A stretch of DNA of 43,551 bases, taken from positions 1 to 43,551 of IMG/VR virus record IMGVR_UViG_3300020045_004267. The stretch is one strand, 5' to 3'. Each line of letters opens with the position of its first letter. Position 1 is the stretch's first letter. The position numbers and the translations under genes were made by a program. The notes beneath the pieces were generated by a model. It saw only the letters and a program-made list of their open reading frames with translations, made no database searches and had not been told where the DNA came from. This document shows, piece by piece, positions 1-8,430 of the stretch. Source of the stretch: a virus (Duplodnaviria; Caudoviricetes).

Positions 1-61
1 ACGGGCGCTTTGGCGGCACCGGCCTCAAGCCCCTTGCGGGCAGCAGATGTCATAAAGGTCA
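1..61 (-). repeat. 61-bp exact inverted copy of 3141-3201
   Basis: Reverse complement of 1-61 equals tgacctttat...aaagcgcccgt at 3141-3201; identity stops at base 62. Confidence 0.95.
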
Positions 62-91
62 CAGGTTTCTAGAGGCACCCGGCAAAACAAG

Positions 92-158
92 CACGGAAAA
101 CACGAACAACCCCCCAAGAGGTTTTCCGTGAAGGCTCAACACGGAAAACACGGAAAAC
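92..158. repeat. Four copies of CACGGAAAAC (3 direct, 1 inverted)
   Basis: Copies at 92-101, 140-149 and 149-158, inverted at 121-130; non-coding region. Confidence 0.85.
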
Positions 159-187
159 CTAAATCGGGTGCGAAGCACTATCGAACA

Positions 188-215
188 CAAAGAAAAAGGC
201 CCGCCGAAGCGGACC
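188..215 (-). terminator. Intrinsic terminator downstream of primase
   Basis: Minus strand GGTCCGC-TTCG-GCGGGCC followed by TTTTTCTTT. Confidence 0.8.
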
Positions 216-243
216 CTGATCTTGTCGTGTTAAAGGTGAGTAG

Positions 244-2592
244 TTAGACGAAACGCTTGTGCATATACAAGATTGTCGGCCTTCCGCCAGCCTTTTTCAT
301 TCTGACGCTGACTTTGACAATTCCGAGATCACGCTCAAGCCGCATCATCACTTCCTTGTGGTCACGCTCGTTCAGGTCTTTCAGATCACGATGATAGTCA
401 TTGATCGAACCTGCCGACAGCCCTGCTTCTTCGACCCTGACAATGCTTTTCGCAATGCGCTCTGCCATCACCCGCAGCGGGTTCGCACCCAGCTTGTCAC
501 GCGCTTCCTCGATCAACTCGGCGGTATAGAACGACACATAGTCCCATGCCCATTCCACATCAGCGGCTTCAATCACCATCGAACCACGGCTGCGGGCGAC
601 GATTAGCGATATGCGCTGGGTGATCTCTTGCGAGCGCGACCACAAGCCGTCTAAGCGGGCTTCTGTGAGGGCGTCCTGACGATCTGCGATGATCTGCGCG
701 ACCTTGAAGATGAAGGCATAGGCGTCATCGCTGAAAGCCACCTCTGTCGGTTCTTCGACTTCGACCGGGTTCTCGGGGGTGAGGAAATCCTCATCGCTTT
801 CAGGCGGCATCCCGTTCTTGATGATCCACTTCCGAAGACCTTGCGGGATTTTCTTCCAGCGCTTCGGCATCTCGACCTTCCGCTTGGCGCGGCTGTTGAC
901 GATCAGCAGGCGGTTCATAAACCCGTTCGCCACATCGTCTTGGCTCAGGGCGTCGAAGAAGGTTTCCGGCGTCGATAGACCCAGCAGCGTTACGGCCGGG
1001 CGAACGACCCTTGAATTGCGCATCGACTCGACTTGCTCTTTGCTCTTGCCGTTGGTCGAGAACGCCTTGGGCATCATCTCCCCGTTGAGCATCCCGTACA
1101 TCGACATCAGCGTCGTTTGAGCGTCACGCATGTTGGTCGAAGTCGAGTTCGCTGTGCTGTTCAGAAGCCGACCGAACTCGTCATGCACGGTCACATGCCG
1201 GGGCTTCCAAGCCAACTCGCCCATGATCCCGCTGTCGCTGGCATAGCTGGCCGGTCCCATCAACCCCGGCATACCCGACTCCGAAAGGGTCTTCGACAGG
1301 AACAGTCGGGCGAACTCTTTACCGCCCCCGGTCACGCCCAGGTTGACGAGATAGAGCGACGAGAAGTTGTCCATCGGCGTAGTCCAGTAGCGGCCCAACG
1401 TGATGCTGCCCAAGGCAAGGGCGGTCTGCACCGCGAACTGGGGCTGCTCCCTCGTGCTGGTGGCGTTGTAGTGGTCAACTGCCAGCCCAAGCATACCCGG
1501 CACCGTCAACAGATGATCCGGCACACCTGGGACACGCTTCTTGTCGGTGTTGACAGGCAGATCGGCCTTCGGCTCTGACTCGAACATCCGCTGAACCTGC
1601 CTGAGCGACATCAGCGGTGAGCCATCTTCGTAAGTGTCAGGATCGGCAGGCTCATCGTCATCGAACTCGTCGGCGATCCCATCCCACTCGGCCAGATAGC
1701 GGACCTCGTTGGCGGCTTCGATCATGGTGGCGAACGTGACCGGCTGACCTTTGAATTTGCCAAAGCTGCGCCACTGTTCTCGGGCGACACGCATGTTGAA
1801 GCGATCCGGCACCTGTTTCGAGAAGTCGCACCAGACCTTGAAAGCGTCGGGGTGGGCATCAAACTCGTGGTGCAGGGACATGCCGACCTTCACCCACCCG
1901 GCCCGGTCGTCGCACCATGTCGGCAGATCGAGGTTTTGCAGGTAGGCTTCGGCTTCCTCGTAAGAGATCCCCAGCGGTTCCGAGTCGCCCAGCACATACA
2001 ACTCATCATTGTAGCCGCTGATTTCATCCATCACGTCGCCGTCGATCAGCGGGAAGGCGTCAGGTGAGGGTATTTTGCCGTCTTTCCAGCGATATGCGAT
2101 GCCGGTATCGGGGTGAATCGAGGGTGGAAGCGCGACCTGTTTGCCGGTCCCAAACAGTTCGATCTCAGCGGCCCAATGTTTTTTGCCGTCTTCGCCGATG
2201 AAATGCTCGTCGGTGTGCCACAATTTTTTGCTTCGATAGGGCCGATCTGTGAGGAAATACAGGTGCCGGGACGCCCCGCCAGAGCCTGAAATGACCATTT
2301 GGAACTCGGAAATGTCGGTTTCCAGCAGCTTTTTGACGTTTTCTTGGGCGATTTCAGCAAAATCAGGGTCTCGGATGTCCATATCCAGCACATGCAGGTA
2401 AAAACCGTCGATTCTAGACGGATCTCCCAACCTGACGCCAATGTTGCGGCCCTTGATGTATGTCGCCTTGAGATCCTTCGGCGATGCTGTCGGTAACTCG
2501 GTCCAATCTTCCCCGACCGGGCGCTTGGACTTGTTTTTCAGCCAAATGACCGAGAAACCCAGTTCGGCCAATTCGATTGCGTCATTCAGCAC
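244..2592 (-). CDS. Bifunctional primase-polymerase with PriCT-2 and C-terminal helicase-like (DUF3987-like) domain
   Basis: N-terminal Prim-Pol motifs (NIGVRLG, LDMD, SGSGG..RHLYF, QVALPPSIHPDTG); PriCT-2-like WVKVGMSLHHEF; P-loop-like GVTGGGKE; DEFG. Confidence 0.85.
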   Translation of the reverse strand: MLNDAIELAELGFSVIWLKNKSKRPVGEDWTELPTASPKDLKATYIKGRNIGVRLGDPSRIDGFYLHVLDMDIRDPDFAEIAQENVKKLLETDISEFQMVISGSGGASRHLYFLTDRPYRSKKLWHTDEHFIGEDGKKHWAAEIELFGTGKQVALPPSIHPDTGIAYRWKDGKIPSPDAFPLIDGDVMDEISGYNDELYVLGDSEPLGISYEEAEAYLQNLDLPTWCDDRAGWVKVGMSLHHEFDAHPDAFKVWCDFSKQVPDRFNMRVAREQWRSFGKFKGQPVTFATMIEAANEVRYLAEWDGIADEFDDDEPADPDTYEDGSPLMSLRQVQRMFESEPKADLPVNTDKKRVPGVPDHLLTVPGMLGLAVDHYNATSTREQPQFAVQTALALGSITLGRYWTTPMDNFSSLYLVNLGVTGGGKEFARLFLSKTLSESGMPGLMGPASYASDSGIMGELAWKPRHVTVHDEFGRLLNSTANSTSTNMRDAQTTLMSMYGMLNGEMMPKAFSTNGKSKEQVESMRNSRVVRPAVTLLGLSTPETFFDALSQDDVANGFMNRLLIVNSRAKRKVEMPKRWKKIPQGLRKWIIKNGMPPESDEDFLTPENPVEVEEPTEVAFSDDAYAFIFKVAQIIADRQDALTEARLDGLWSRSQEITQRISLIVARSRGSMVIEAADVEWAWDYVSFYTAELIEEARDKLGANPLRVMAERIAKSIVRVEEAGLSAGSINDYHRDLKDLNERDHKEVMMRLERDLGIVKVSVRMKKAGGRPTILYMHKRFV

Positions 2593-2698
2593 TGATCAAC
2601 CCCCGGATGAGGTCTTTACAGGTGAGAATGGGACGCCGGGTGGCGTTTTGCATGTGTCTGACTCCGACTCAGAAGGTTGAAATGCCCGAATCGGTTAG

Positions 2699-2959
2699 TC
2701 AGGTTGAAGCGATGTAAGGCTGGATCATGTTGATAGTCAGGGTCGAGTTGTGCAGGGCGAGCAGGCTGTTCACGCGACGGCCGGGCACCTTGTTGTTGCT
2801 CAACCATTCGAAGACAGTCTTCTTGGTCACGCCCATATCTTGCGCAATGAGGGTCACGTTCAGACCATATTTGCCCTGCTCACCTTTGAAGTCGTCCTGA
2901 TACCACGGCAGGTTGCGCCGCAGCACCTTCCAAAGAGGGTCTTCATTCGTTCCGGTCAT
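2699..2959 (-). CDS. Cro-like HTH DNA-binding protein
   Basis: IAQDMGVTKKTVFEW HTH signature; GAGGA RBS upstream; divergent from the replication operon. Confidence 0.7.
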   Translation of the reverse strand: MTGTNEDPLWKVLRRNLPWYQDDFKGEQGKYGLNVTLIAQDMGVTKKTVFEWLSNNKVPGRRVNSLLALHNSTLTINMIQPYIAST

Positions 2960-3079
2960 CGGGTAGTCCTCGCAGGTTTATGTTGTTGTCACCCTAAACG
3001 TGACTTTCTTCGTTGACAACAGACTTCGCACATGGTTTGCCTTGTCCATCGAAACGACATGATCGACAAGGAGAACCGA
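2960..3079. promoter_or_regulatory. Divergent promoter/operator region
   Basis: Intergenic between divergent genes; TTGACA at 3013-3018; inverted pair TGTTGTCA (2984-2991) / TGACAACA (3014-3021). Confidence 0.5.
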
Positions 3080-3520
3080 ATGTCACTCGAAGACAAGATC
3101 GACGCGCTCACCGTGGCGCTTGAGAAGAACAACGAACTGCTGACCTTTATGACATCTGCTGCCCGCAAGGGGCTTGAGGCCGGTGCCGCCAAAGCGCCCG
3201 TCACCGCAGCGCCGACCGCCGACGCTGAACCCGCCAAGACCACTCGCGCACCGCGCGGCGCGGCCAAGGACAAGGCGCCGAAGATTCCGACCGTCAAGGA
3301 AATCAGCGATCAGACCAAGGCTTTCTTGGATGTCAAAGATGAAGACGAATACACCGAACGTCGCGCATTCGTGACCAAGATTGTCGAAGCGTTCGCTGTC
3401 AAGAAGATGTCGGAAATCGGCGACGGCGACCGGCAGAAGGCTTTGGACTACCTGACGGCCTATATCGCGGGCGAGCAGACCGACCTTGACGACGAAGGCG
3501 GCGAAGAAGACCTGGCCTGA
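3080..3520 (+). CDS. Hypothetical early protein (Ala/Pro-rich linker, acidic tail ending EEDLA)
   Basis: AAGGAG RBS before ATG 3080; usual position upstream of DUF2800 in such modules. Confidence 0.8.
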   Translation: MSLEDKIDALTVALEKNNELLTFMTSAARKGLEAGAAKAPVTAAPTADAEPAKTTRAPRGAAKDKAPKIPTVKEISDQTKAFLDVKDEDEYTERRAFVTKIVEAFAVKKMSEIGDGDRQKALDYLTAYIAGEQTDLDDEGGEEDLA

Positions 3521-3544
3521 TTTTCTGACCGACTGACTGAGTAA

Positions 3545-3577
3545 CACCTTGATACCAAGCCCCCAGGTATCAAGGTG
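3545..3577 (+). terminator. Intergenic hairpin (possible terminator or processing site)
   Basis: Perfect 12-bp stem CACCTTGATACC/GGTATCAAGGTG, 9-nt loop, short T run after. Confidence 0.5.
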
Positions 3578-3634
3578 CTTTCACGACAGGCTGACGCGAT
3601 CTGCCTGTTCTCAAAGCATCTTATGGAGATTGCG

Positions 3635-3886
3635 ATGGACTACTTTGTCACCAGATATGCACTTTCGAATGCTGGATTGCCTACCATCGTTTCCAGTGAA
3701 AACAAGCCCGGTGATGATGGTTTCGTTTGGCTGAGAATGCCAAAACACGCATTCGGCACGACCTTCAAACTGGGTCGGAATGTCTTTCTTTCTAAGGACG
3801 ACGCTGATGCTGCGATCCGGGCAGACCGTGACAAGAAGATCAAGTCTCTTGAGAAGCAGATTGCCAAGCTGCGGCTGATCGGCTGA
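3635..3886 (+). CDS. Hypothetical protein
   Basis: GGAG RBS before ATG 3635; C-terminal coiled coil KKIKSLEKQIAKL; abuts next gene. Confidence 0.65.
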   Translation: MDYFVTRYALSNAGLPTIVSSENKPGDDGFVWLRMPKHAFGTTFKLGRNVFLSKDDADAAIRADRDKKIKSLEKQIAKLRLIG

Positions 3887-3889
3887 CCT

Positions 3890-5125
3890 ATGGGAACGAA
3901 GGCACATGCACGTCTCTCGCCATCATCGGCGAGCCGCTGGTTGCGCTGCCCAGGTTCAATCGCTCTGATTGACGACCTTGCACTCGAAGACGAGTCCGGT
4001 GACGCCGCCAATGAAGGCACGATCCTGCACTATATTGCAGAGCAATGCCTTGTTCTCGGCGAGACGCCCTATGATTGGGTCGATAGCACTGTCAGCCTTT
4101 CAGACATCGCCGAATGGTCGGGCAATGGTGACGGCGGCATCACTAAAGCCAATGATTTCACACTGGAAATCACTGAAGACATGGCCGATCAGATAATGAG
4201 CGGTCTGGATCGCATTGACGAGATCGGCGGAAAGCTGTTCATCGAAAAGCGGCTTGACCTCGGGCGCTGGATGCCCGGTCAGTTCGGCACAATGGATGTC
4301 GGCATCGTCGGCAAGAAGCGGATAACTTGCTTCGACTGGAAGTTTGGCTTCCTGCCAGTATCCCCGGTCGATAACGACCAACTGCGCATTTACGCGCTCG
4401 GCTTCTGGGATCAATACGCTCGTCACATCAGCGATGCCGAAGACTTTCGGTTGATCATCTGGCAACCCCGCGCCCCCGGTGGCGGCGGTGAATGGGACAT
4501 CAGTTTGGATGACCTTCTTGACTTCGGTGATCGACTGAAAAGCGGCGCTGAAGCCACTTACAAGAAGAATGCCAAGCGGATCGCAGGCGACAAACAGTGC
4601 CTGTATTGCCCTGGTGCCAAGACGCTCACATGCGCGGAATATTCGGCCTTCAACCTTGATGCCGTTCGCCTTGATTTTGACTCGATGGAACAGGATGCGG
4701 ATCTCGGTCTGGACCTTCGACCCCCATCCATCGCAGGTCTGACGGCAAAGCAAGCGGCCTTCATAGCGCTGCACCGTGGCACCCTGAACAAGTTCTTTGA
4801 CCGGGTACACGCGCGGGTGCGGGATGACGCGCTCAAAGGCTTCCCTACGCCCGGAGTCAAGGCCGTGGATGGCCGCAGCCCGCCGCGCAAGTACCTTGAC
4901 ACCGAAGAAGCGACCGATGTGGTTGTGGAAGCTGTCGGCAAAGGCCGCGCCTTCACCCGCAAGCTGATCACGCCGACCAAACTCGAAGAATTGGTTAGCC
5001 CCGAAACCTACGCTGACATTGCCCGGTCGCACATCACTCGTGCCGACGCAAAGCCTGTGTTGGTGCATGAAGACGATGCCCGCCCCGCAATCCGGTCGGT
5101 TGTCGATGAGTTCAACGAGGATTGA
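3890..5125 (+). CDS. DUF2800 / Cas4-like PD-(D/E)XK exonuclease
   Basis: HARLSPSSASRWLRCPGS, EGTILH, FGTMD, DWKFG, QLRIYALG, CLYC...C. Confidence 0.9.
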   Translation: MGTKAHARLSPSSASRWLRCPGSIALIDDLALEDESGDAANEGTILHYIAEQCLVLGETPYDWVDSTVSLSDIAEWSGNGDGGITKANDFTLEITEDMADQIMSGLDRIDEIGGKLFIEKRLDLGRWMPGQFGTMDVGIVGKKRITCFDWKFGFLPVSPVDNDQLRIYALGFWDQYARHISDAEDFRLIIWQPRAPGGGGEWDISLDDLLDFGDRLKSGAEATYKKNAKRIAGDKQCLYCPGAKTLTCAEYSAFNLDAVRLDFDSMEQDADLGLDLRPPSIAGLTAKQAAFIALHRGTLNKFFDRVHARVRDDALKGFPTPGVKAVDGRSPPRKYLDTEEATDVVVEAVGKGRAFTRKLITPTKLEELVSPETYADIARSHITRADAKPVLVHEDDARPAIRSVVDEFNED

Positions 5126-5139
5126 AGGAGAACTGCAAA

Positions 5140-6084
5140 ATGGCAGAACGTGAAGCCGATCCACTTCGGATCAAACTGAAGAACGTGCGCCTTTCCTATC
5201 CGCATCTGTACAAGGCGAAAGCCTTTGGTGACGGTGCTGAAGGTGAACCCAAATACAACGCCGCCTTCATCATGGACCCTGAGACCAAGATCGGGCGCAT
5301 CAACATCGCTTTGATCGAGGATGCCATTGATCATGCGATGAATGAGAAGTGGCCCAAGGGTGCGCCCAAGCTGTCTTCGGCCAAGAAGTGTTTGCGCTCG
5401 GGCGACGACCTCGAAGAAGTCAAGGACGGCTATGAGGGAATGGTGTACCTGACGGCCTCTGAATCCAAGCGCCCGCGCGTTCTGGACATCGACAGCGAAG
5501 ACGTGCGCGATGGCGACGAGGGTGCGCCTTACGCGGGCTGCTTTGTCGATGCCATCGTGCGGGTTTGGGCGCAAGACAACAAATATGGCAAGCGTGTCAA
5601 CGCCGGTCTGATCGCGGTCAAATTCCGCGAAGATGGTGAAGCCTTTGGCGGCGCTGCACCGTTCGACAAGTCCGAGTTCGATGACGACGAGGACGAAAAG
5701 CCCAAGGGCCGCAGCCGGTCGCGCGACGACCATGACGAGAAGCCCAAAGGCCGGGGCCGCTCGCGTGATGACGACGAGGACGAAAAGCCCAAGGGCCGCA
5801 GCCGGTCGCGCGACGACGATGACGAGCCGCCCGCCCGCCGCCGTTCCAGCCGTGATGACGACGAGGACGAAAAGCCCAAGGGTCGCAGCCGTTCCAGCCG
5901 TGACGACGATGACGAGCCGCCGCCCCGCCGCCGTGCCAGCCGTGATGACGACGAGGACGAAAAGCCCAAGGGCCGCAGCCGGTCGCGCGATGACGATGAC
6001 GAGCCGCCCGCCCGCCGCCGTTCGCGCGACGATGAGGATGAGCGGCCTGCCCGTCGCCGTCGCAATGACGATGACGTAGCATAG
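5140..6084 (+). CDS. DUF2815 family ssDNA-binding protein with long charged C-terminal tail
   Basis: NVRLSYPHL, PKYNAAFI, YAGCFVDA, GKRVNAGL, DGEAFGG; AAGGAG RBS. Confidence 0.9.
   Translation: MAEREADPLRIKLKNVRLSYPHLYKAKAFGDGAEGEPKYNAAFIMDPETKIGRINIALIEDAIDHAMNEKWPKGAPKLSSAKKCLRSGDDLEEVKDGYEGMVYLTASESKRPRVLDIDSEDVRDGDEGAPYAGCFVDAIVRVWAQDNKYGKRVNAGLIAVKFREDGEAFGGAAPFDKSEFDDDEDEKPKGRSRSRDDHDEKPKGRGRSRDDDEDEKPKGRSRSRDDDDEPPARRRSSRDDDEDEKPKGRSRSSRDDDDEPPPRRRASRDDDEDEKPKGRSRSRDDDDEPPARRRSRDDEDERPARRRRNDDDVA
5680..6075 (+). repeat. Coding tandem repeats (DDDEDEKPKGRSRSR / DDDDEPPARRR)
   Basis: About 5 KPKGR units and 3-4 EPP(A/P)RRR units, near-identical at DNA level. Confidence 0.9.
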
Positions 6085-6091
6085 GCAGATG

Positions 6092-6115
6092 GCGGGGCGG
6101 CTTCGGTTGCCCCGC
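6092..6115 (+). promoter_or_regulatory. GC-rich UUCG hairpin just upstream of the polymerase start
   Basis: GCGGGGCGGC-TTCG-GTTGCCCCGC; no U tract; ends 9 nt before ATG 6125. Confidence 0.6.
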
Positions 6116-6124
6116 TGACACCCG

Positions 6125-8134
6125 ATGACCCAAACCAAAATCACTCAGGTTCTCGATACCGAGATTTATCGGAACTACCTGCTCATCGGCTTTATGAACA
6201 TCGCCAATGACCGGGTGGAATCCGTTGAAGCCTTTGGCGAAAATGCCCGTCTTTCAAAAGAGGATCGGCTTTGGGTCAAAGACCAAATGCGCAAGCGGCG
6301 CAACATCAGTTTCAACGGGATCAACTTTGACAACTGCATTATCTATGGTGCCATCGCAGGTTTGACTTGCATGGAATTGAAGACCATCGCCAACGACATC
6401 ATCGAAGGCGGAATGAAATATTGGGAAGTCGCCGATGCCTACGGCTTTGATATTCCAAGAAACCTAGACCATATCGACCTTATCGAAGTGGCCCCCGGTC
6501 AGGCCAGCTTGAAGATTTTCAATGGTAGGATGCACGGCCTGCGAATGCAGGATCTCCCTATCCATCACGACGCCAAATTGACCGAAGCCGATGTTGAGGT
6601 CGTCTATGAATATTGGAAGAACGATCTCCAAGCGACAAAGCTGCTTCACGCCAACCTGAAAGAGCAAATCGACCTTCGCATCGACATTGGCAAGAAGAAT
6701 GGGCTTGATCTAAGGTCCAAGTCCGATGCTCAGGTGGCCGAAGCCGTCATCAAGAAGCAAGTCACCGACATTTTGGGATTTGCGCCTAAACGGCCAAGCA
6801 TCGCACCAGGAACCAAGTTCAAATACCTCGCGCCGGATTACATCCGGTTTTTCAGCGAGCAGATGAACGACATTCTTGACCGACTCGAGGAATGGGATTT
6901 CCGGCTGGCACCGAAAAGTCAGAAGGTATTGCTGCCTGATTTTATGACCACGGCACAGATCAAACTTGGTCACAGCACATATCAAATGGGGATCGGTGGG
7001 CTGCACTCGACCGAGAAGTGTGCGGCACATTGGGCTGACGAAGACAACCTTCTGAAAGATGTTGACGTGGAGTCCTACTATCCGCGCATCATCATCAACC
7101 GTCGCCTGATGCCGCCGCAGATCGGGAAGGCGTTCCTCAAGGTTTACAAGGGAATCGTTGACCGACGCTTGGCTGCGAAGGCCAAATTGAAGGTTTTGAA
7201 CGAGGAAATAAAAGCACTCAAAGCTGCGATTCTCGGCTCAAACCGACCGTCAGAACTCATGGCTGAAAAGCTGGTAACGCTTGAAGCCGAAGCGCACAAA
7301 TGGGACGTTGAACAAGGCGGTCTGAAAATTGCCATCAACGGTTCGTTTGGCAAACTCGGGTCGTCCTACTCGGCTCTTTTCGCACCTGAACTGCTGATTG
7401 CGACCACAATCACAGGTCAGCTTGCATTGCTGATGCTGATTGAACGGATTGAGCGCAAAGGATTTGCTGTCGTCAGCGGAAACACTGATGGTATCGTCAT
7501 CAAGTGCCCGCGCGCCCGAGAAGATGAGTTGACCTCGATCATCAAGCGCTGGGAAGAAGACACCGATTTCAAAACTGACGAGACGCAATATGAGGCTCTT
7601 TTCTCGGCATCCTGCAACAACTACATCGCAATCAAGAAGGGCGGCGGCACAAAGCGCAAAGGGCATTATGCGAAGTCGGGTCTTGAGGAAAAGAAGAACC
7701 CGACCTTTGATATTTGCGCCGACGCCGTGGCCGCATATGTTGAAAAGGGAACGCCGATCACCGAGACTATCCGTGCCTGCAAAGACATTCGGAAATTTGT
7801 CACCGTGCGCAAGGTCAACGGTGGGGCGATCTGGGGCGTCAAAGAGGTTGAGGTTGAGAGGATCGGCAAGCGCGGTCAGCGGCTGAAGCCTGGTACTTCT
7901 TACGATGTCAGCGAAGCCGAATATCTCGGCTCTGCAATCCGTTGGTATCAAAGCACTTGCGGCATGGGGGCCATCCATTACAAGGGCAGCAACAACATGG
8001 TGCCCAAGAGCGAAGGCGCGCGACCGATCATGCTGATGACTGGTGATTTCCCCGAAGATGTTGACACGGCCTACTATGTGCGCGCTGCACGTCAGATGCT
8101 GAAAGACATCGCATATGAGCAGGAACTGGTTTGA
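6125..8134 (+). CDS. DNA polymerase, family B-like, with 3'-5' exonuclease
   Basis: ExoI LDTE, ExoII FNGINFD, ExoIII YWKND; pol motifs DVESYYP, KIAINGSFGK, NTDG. Confidence 0.88.
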   Translation: MTQTKITQVLDTEIYRNYLLIGFMNIANDRVESVEAFGENARLSKEDRLWVKDQMRKRRNISFNGINFDNCIIYGAIAGLTCMELKTIANDIIEGGMKYWEVADAYGFDIPRNLDHIDLIEVAPGQASLKIFNGRMHGLRMQDLPIHHDAKLTEADVEVVYEYWKNDLQATKLLHANLKEQIDLRIDIGKKNGLDLRSKSDAQVAEAVIKKQVTDILGFAPKRPSIAPGTKFKYLAPDYIRFFSEQMNDILDRLEEWDFRLAPKSQKVLLPDFMTTAQIKLGHSTYQMGIGGLHSTEKCAAHWADEDNLLKDVDVESYYPRIIINRRLMPPQIGKAFLKVYKGIVDRRLAAKAKLKVLNEEIKALKAAILGSNRPSELMAEKLVTLEAEAHKWDVEQGGLKIAINGSFGKLGSSYSALFAPELLIATTITGQLALLMLIERIERKGFAVVSGNTDGIVIKCPRAREDELTSIIKRWEEDTDFKTDETQYEALFSASCNNYIAIKKGGGTKRKGHYAKSGLEEKKNPTFDICADAVAAYVEKGTPITETIRACKDIRKFVTVRKVNGGAIWGVKEVEVERIGKRGQRLKPGTSYDVSEAEYLGSAIRWYQSTCGMGAIHYKGSNNMVPKSEGARPIMLMTGDFPEDVDTAYYVRAARQMLKDIAYEQELV

Positions 8135-8430
8135 ACCGGCGCCCGACATACGGGGAAGGCTATGTTGTCAAAGCCTCAAATGCGGCTGCTGAGAAGGCAG
8201 GCTTCATCCATCGCAAGGTGCGCTATGAAAACCGCAACGGGGCACCTGACGACTGGTATTTTGGCCCCGGGGCGCGGCTGATCATCATTGAACATAAGCG
8301 GCCGGGCAAGGACGCGACTGCGCAACAGAAGCGTGAAGGGGATCGGCTGCGAAAGTTGGGTTTTGATGTGCGCGTTGTCGATACGGTCGAGATGGCGCAG
8401 CGCGTGTTCAGGGATGAGGACTTGCTGTGA
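8131..8430 (+). CDS. VRR-NUC domain nuclease
   Basis: GAPD..., IEHKRPG, Q...LRKLGFDVRVVD; lies between polymerase and SNF2 helicase. Confidence 0.85.
   Translation: MNRRPTYGEGYVVKASNAAAEKAGFIHRKVRYENRNGAPDDWYFGPGARLIIIEHKRPGKDATAQQKREGDRLRKLGFDVRVVDTVEMAQRVFRDEDLL

Noticed and set aside
5680-6075. CRISPR-like array next to a Cas4-like gene
   Set aside because: The repeats are in-frame coding units without unique spacers; DUF2800 is a common phage replication nuclease
5008-6144. Long antisense ORFs (also 23951-25678, 21800-23050, 8787-9818, 4100-5164, 37866-38867)
   Set aside because: Shadow frames of well-supported genes in GC-rich DNA; no motifs or RBS
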